Shown here piece by piece: positions 20,555-21,701 of a stretch of DNA of 21,701 nucleotides. The stretch's first letter is position 1. Every line of letters begins with the position of its first letter. The notes under the pieces are model-generated. The model was not told where the DNA came from, did not search any database, and was given only the letters and a program-made list of their open reading frames with translations. The position numbers were made by a program, and so were the translations under genes. Source of the stretch: a bacterium (GTDB lineage: Bacteria > Hinthialibacterota > Hinthialibacteria > Hinthialibacterales > Hinthialibacteraceae). The DNA lies in NCBI GenBank assembly GCA_963663405.2, contig CAXXSM010000051.1, forward strand, positions 1 to 21,701, in the 5' to 3' direction.

Positions 20555-20667
20555 AAATGAATCGGCGAATGCGCCTGTGAGTACATGGTTAAGCTCACCA
20601 AAGCTAGAGTTCGATTCTCTACCTTCTCCGGAAGGATCTCACAGACATTTTTGTCGCCGATTCATTT
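20555..20667 (+). ncRNA. Bacterial Y RNA (Yrl-like) with a tRNA-like T-arm
   Basis: Lies between rsr and rtcB. Perfect 14-bp terminal stem AAATGAATCGGCGA (20555-20568) / TCGCCGATTCATTT (20654-20667). GGCGAATG matches the bacterial Y RNA GNCGAAN(0-1)G motif, opposite TTGTCGCC. Inner stem CTGTGAG/CTCACAG, T-arm TAGAG-TTCGATT-CTCTA (20605-20621) and hairpin CCTTC-TCCG-GAAGG. Confidence 0.85.
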
Positions 20668-20719
20668 GCAGTTGTGATCTCGATCTTGATGGTTTATATG
20701 AAATAAAAAGGATATTAAC

Positions 20720-21701
20720 ATGGACGCAATATTAGAAAAAACCAACACAATGATCCCAACGGGAGAAGCGACCGCGATTCTTCCTACACCGGATTCCAGA
20801 TTGGAGCCGGTCACGATTATTCGGGACGGAAGCGATTCGGGAGACATTTGACGCGACTACGCTCAAACAGGCGATGAACTCACGGACAGCGCCCGGCGTT
20901 GAGCGTCTGGTGCTAAATCCCGACGCGCATTGTGGGTATGGCGCTCCCATTGGTTGTGTGATGGCGTCTCCCAGTCATATTTATCCTGGGCCGGTTGGTG
21001 TCGATATCAAATGCTCGATGAGTTTACTGCAACTGGATTTGCCAGCGGATGAAATTCAAGATAAAAGAATCCGGCGGGAGTTAATCAACGCCATCACAGA
21101 GCGAACGCCGACCGGCGCGGGAAAAGGGCAGCGCCAAGCGCCGAAATCCGGCGTGTGCATCCAAAATTAGGCAAGATCGTCGCAACGGAAGGCGCGTCAA
21201 AAACAATTTGTGAGATACTGGGTATTCCAAGGGAATGGCGGCATCGCTGTGAAGATAGTTTTCACCTGGGACACGATGATACCCAAGAGGCTCTCGAACG
21301 CCGTGTGGACCACTTGTTGAAAAACGATCTTCTGCCCAGTTTCAATAATAAAATGACTCAACTGGGATCGTACGGCGGTGGCAACCATTTTGGTGAATGC
21401 GAGGTGGTTTCCGTTTCGGATGATCCCGCCATGAAAGAAATCGCGGAAGTGTTTGGTCTGCGGGACGGGCATGTGGCGTTTTTATCACATTGTGGTTCGC
21501 GAGGATTCGGTCACAATCTCGCCATGAACCAATTCAAAACGCTGCAGAATCATTTCACCAAATTGGGGGCATACCCTATCCAGGAAATGATAAAGAACTT
21601 GTCTACGCCCCACTGGGAACGGGATGAGGCGAATAACTACATTGACGACATGGCGCTGGGCGCGAATTTTCTCGACTGTGAACCATCTGCTGATCAACGC
21701 G
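20720..21701 (+). CDS. rtcB: RtcB RNA ligase (2',3'-cyclic phosphate/5'-OH), partial at the right edge, frameshifted
   Basis: ATG 20720 with SD AAGGA. Motifs PDAHCGYGAPIG, PGPVGVDIKCSM, QLGSYGGGNHFGE, SHCGSRGFG and YIDDMALGANF..VNH. Indels near 20822, 21150 and 21570-21600. Confidence 0.96.

Noticed and set aside
20600-20640. tRNA gene suggested by GTTCGATTC
   Set aside because: There is no cloverleaf with an anticodon arm and an open 7-bp acceptor stem. The T-arm is embedded in a long closing stem typical of a Y RNA.
20555-20667. Simple intrinsic terminator after rsr
   Set aside because: The complementary arms are ~85 nt apart and enclose further structure, there is no U-tract, and rtcB follows co-directionally.
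332-21697. Numerous short ORFs antisense to or overlapping the main genes (e.g. 332-754, 3519-3911, 9334-9708, 14306-14824, 21197-21472)
   Set aside because: They are shadow frames of well-supported genes, with no motifs or translation signals.

Overview
Bacterial genomic window with two blocks. Block 1 (1-17085) holds mostly exported or periplasmic carbohydrate-type enzymes: an uncharacterised GH20/GH67-N-domain protein, a Tat sulfatase, a DUF362 protein, a WD40 protein, an alpha/beta-hydrolase, a PL11/FG-GAP-like propeller protein, a Tat-exported fucose/arabinose-isomerase-like protein and a LamG+DUF1961(YesU)-like protein. Two solitary paralogous prepilin/pseudopilin genes are interspersed. 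Block 2 (17113-21701) is an RNA-repair locus: rtcR is divergent from a sigma54-type promoter that precedes rsr (Ro60/TROVE), an unannotated Y RNA and rtcB (truncated by the window edge). The most unusual non-coding features are a composite intergenic element at 11196-11455 (two 77-bp direct repeats around an inverted pair of covarying REP-like hairpins) and a Y RNA with an atypical tRNA-like domain. Many genes are split by single-base indels, often in homopolymers and densest after ~13.4 kb. These are most likely long-read consensus errors, so split genes are reported as reconstructed CDSs. The gene repertoire suggests a Sumerlaeota/Hinthialibacterota(OLB16)-like or PVC-like organism, but this is inference only. 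All family assignments come from motif recognition, not database searches.
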